Positions 62,125 through 64,000 of a DNA stretch of 64,000 bases are shown here, piece by piece. The position numbers and the translations under genes are program-made. Where the stretch lies: NCBI GenBank assembly GCA_965218585.1, contig CBDCLE010000008.1, positions 1 through 64,000 on the forward strand, given 5' to 3'. Position 1 is the first letter of the stretch. Each line of letters starts with the position of its first letter. This stretch comes from Terriglobia bacterium. GTDB lineage: Bacteria; Acidobacteriota; Terriglobia; 20CM-2-55-15. The notes under the pieces are model-generated. The model was not told the origin of the DNA. It saw only the letters and a program-made list of their open reading frames with translations, and did not search any database.

Positions 62125-64000
62125 GTGTCTAAGTTGAACGAGAGAGCGAAACGACCAACGAAAGGCGGATTGTACGATCCCAGCTTCGAGCACGACGCCT
62201 GTGGTGTGGGTTTTGTGGTCGATATCGAGGGAAAACCTTCGAATCGGATCGTTCAGCAGGGTCTCGAAGTCCTGATGAATTTGCGGCATCGCGGTGCCAA
62301 GGGTGCCGAGGCCAACACCGGAGACGGTGCGGGCATTTTGTTGCAGATTCCACATCAATTCTTCGATCAGGAACTGGGCCGAAACAACATGCAGCTGCCC
62401 GGCCCCGGTGAGTACGGTGTGGGGATGGTTTTTCTGCCTCCCGAAGATGCTGAGGCCCAGAAGATTCAGGCTCTGGTGGAAAATGCCGTTTATAGAACAG
62501 GCCAAACCCTGTTGGGTTGGCGTGACGTACCCACCGATAATTCTCCGATCGGCACGAGCGCACGCGGGGCTGAACCTCGGATTCGCCAGGTTTTTATCGG
62601 GAGAGGTGCGGAAACCGAAGCCGCCGACCTCGAACGCAAACTTCTCCTTGTTCGCAAGCGTGCCGAGAGGGCGGTTCGGGAGTCGTCTATTTCCGGACGG
62701 GAGGACTTCTACGTTGCCAGCCTGTCCGCGCGCACCGTCGCTTACAAAGGCATGCTCTCGGCAGAACAGATTGAAACGTATTTCCCGGACCTTCAAGATC
62801 CGCAGATGACGTCGGCGCTTGCGCTCGTTCATCAACGTTTCAGCACGAATACCTTTCCAAGTTGGCCGCTTGCTCAGCCCTTCCGCTACCTCGCGCACAA
62901 CGGCGAGATCAACACGTTGCGTGGAAACATTAATTGGATGCGTGCGCGTGAAGGATTGTTCCGTTCCGAGTTTTTCGGTGAAGACCTGGGAGACCTCTTT
63001 CCAGTAGCTATCGAAGGTGGTAGCGACTCTGCGATCATCGACAACGCGCTCGAGATGTTGATGTTGTGCGGCCGTTCGCTGCAGCATGCCGTCATGATGC
63101 TCATTCCTGAGGCTTGGGACGGCCACGAAAGCATGAGCGAAGAGAAGAAGGCGTTTTACGAGTATCACGCCTGTCTGATGGAGCCGTGGGATGGTCCGGC
63201 TTCGATAGCGTTTACCGACGGGAACGTGATCGGTGCCGTGCTCGACAGGAACGGGTTGCGCCCATCGAGGTATTGCGTCACCAAAGACGGCACGGTCGTC
63301 ATGGCGTCCGAAGTCGGGGTGCTGGACATTCCACCCGAACAGGTGGAGCGGAAAGGACGTCTGGAGCCGGGCAAGATGTTCCTGATCGATACCGAACAGG
63401 GACGCATCATCGACGATCAGGAACTGAAGCACGAGATGGCCACCGCCCAGCCGTATGGGGAATGGCTCGATGCTCATATGGTTCGGCTCGGTGATTTACC
63501 CGATGCCGAGGCCGTGGCCGAACCGGAACACGCGACTGTTCTCCGCCGGCAGCAGATTTTCGGATACACGCACGAGGACCTGCGAATCCTGATGGCTCCC
63601 ATGGCCATAAACGGAGTGGAAGGTCTGGGATCGATGGGGAACGACACTCCGCTGGCGGTTTTTTCCGACAACGCGCCTCCCCTGTTCAGCTACTTCAAAC
63701 AGTTGTTTGCTCAGGTGACGAATCCTCCACTGGATGCGATCCGCGAGGAATTGGTCACATCGACGATCAGCTATATCGGCGCAGAAAAAGATCTCATCAG
63801 TCCGGAACCCGACAGTGCGAAGCAGATTCGAATTCTCTCGCCTGTCCTGGACAACGTGGAGCTGGGAAGACTTCAGAACCTTCGACTGGACGGTTACCAA
63901 ACCCGGACCTTATCGATGTTGTTCCCAACCGGGGAGAGAGGAATCGGGCTTCGTCGTGAATTGGATGCCCTCTGCGAGGCGGCGAGCCAGGCGGTCGATG
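62125..64000 (+). CDS. gltB: Glutamate synthase large subunit, 5' part (runs off the window)
   Basis: GLYDP..EHDACGVGF, HRGA, GDGAG, HQRFSTNTFPSW, HNGEINT, MEPWDGPA, DRNGLRP, FAQVTNPP; GTG start after AGGAG. Confidence 0.96.
   Translation, partial: MSKLNERAKRPTKGGLYDPSFEHDACGVGFVVDIEGKPSNRIVQQGLEVLMNLRHRGAKGAEANTGDGAGILLQIPHQFFDQELGRNNMQLPGPGEYGVGMVFLPPEDAEAQKIQALVENAVYRTGQTLLGWRDVPTDNSPIGTSARGAEPRIRQVFIGRGAETEAADLERKLLLVRKRAERAVRESSISGREDFYVASLSARTVAYKGMLSAEQIETYFPDLQDPQMTSALALVHQRFSTNTFPSWPLAQPFRYLAHNGEINTLRGNINWMRAREGLFRSEFFGEDLGDLFPVAIEGGSDSAIIDNALEMLMLCGRSLQHAVMMLIPEAWDGHESMSEEKKAFYEYHACLMEPWDGPASIAFTDGNVIGAVLDRNGLRPSRYCVTKDGTVVMASEVGVLDIPPEQVERKGRLEPGKMFLIDTEQGRIIDDQELKHEMATAQPYGEWLDAHMVRLGDLPDAEAVAEPEHATVLRRQQIFGYTHEDLRILMAPMAINGVEGLGSMGNDTPLAVFSDNAPPLFSYFKQLFAQVTNPPLDAIREELVTSTISYIGAEKDLISPEPDSAKQIRILSPVLDNVELGRLQNLRLDGYQTRTLSMLFPTGERGIGLRRELDALCEAASQAVD

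Noticed and set aside
62116-63477. 453-aa minus-strand ORF
   Set aside because: Antisense to gltB, which the ORF track omits because it has no stop in the window.

Overview
Bacterial chromosomal window, roughly 55-60% GC by eye. Gene content (LptD, SelB, NFACT, elb-like lipid cluster, Gly-rich exported proteins) suggests Acidobacteriota, which is an inference. It holds about 60 genes, mostly housekeeping or envelope: IorAB-type molybdoenzyme, mgtE, MacAB-type and YbbAP-type ABC systems, maf-selB, tatA, rqcH, lptD-hemB-hemL, a diguanylate cyclase, rlpA, plsY, murB, mrp, dcd, HU, lysR-gltB. Highlights: (1) a complete 3,041-bp IS1595-family element (23-bp TIRs, 8-bp TSD) carrying a small ORF, an ABC-type ATPase and a TOPRIM-like (DUF3226-type) gene, a candidate mobile PARIS/OLD-like defence or TA module, with an IS5-family element at the same site; (2) an ether-lipid (elb)-like operon of HAD-IB hydrolase, LarA-like protein, stand-alone fatty acyl reductase, epimerase and lipid kinase, converging on plsY; (3) five families of intergenic palindromic repeats, including a GTAG-type REP with a compensatory base-pair swap and a ~170-nt multi-hairpin element in two copies. 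Many genes, mainly in the first 11 kb, carry small frameshifts that look like long-read assembly errors. All calls come from manual motif recognition; no database searches were run.
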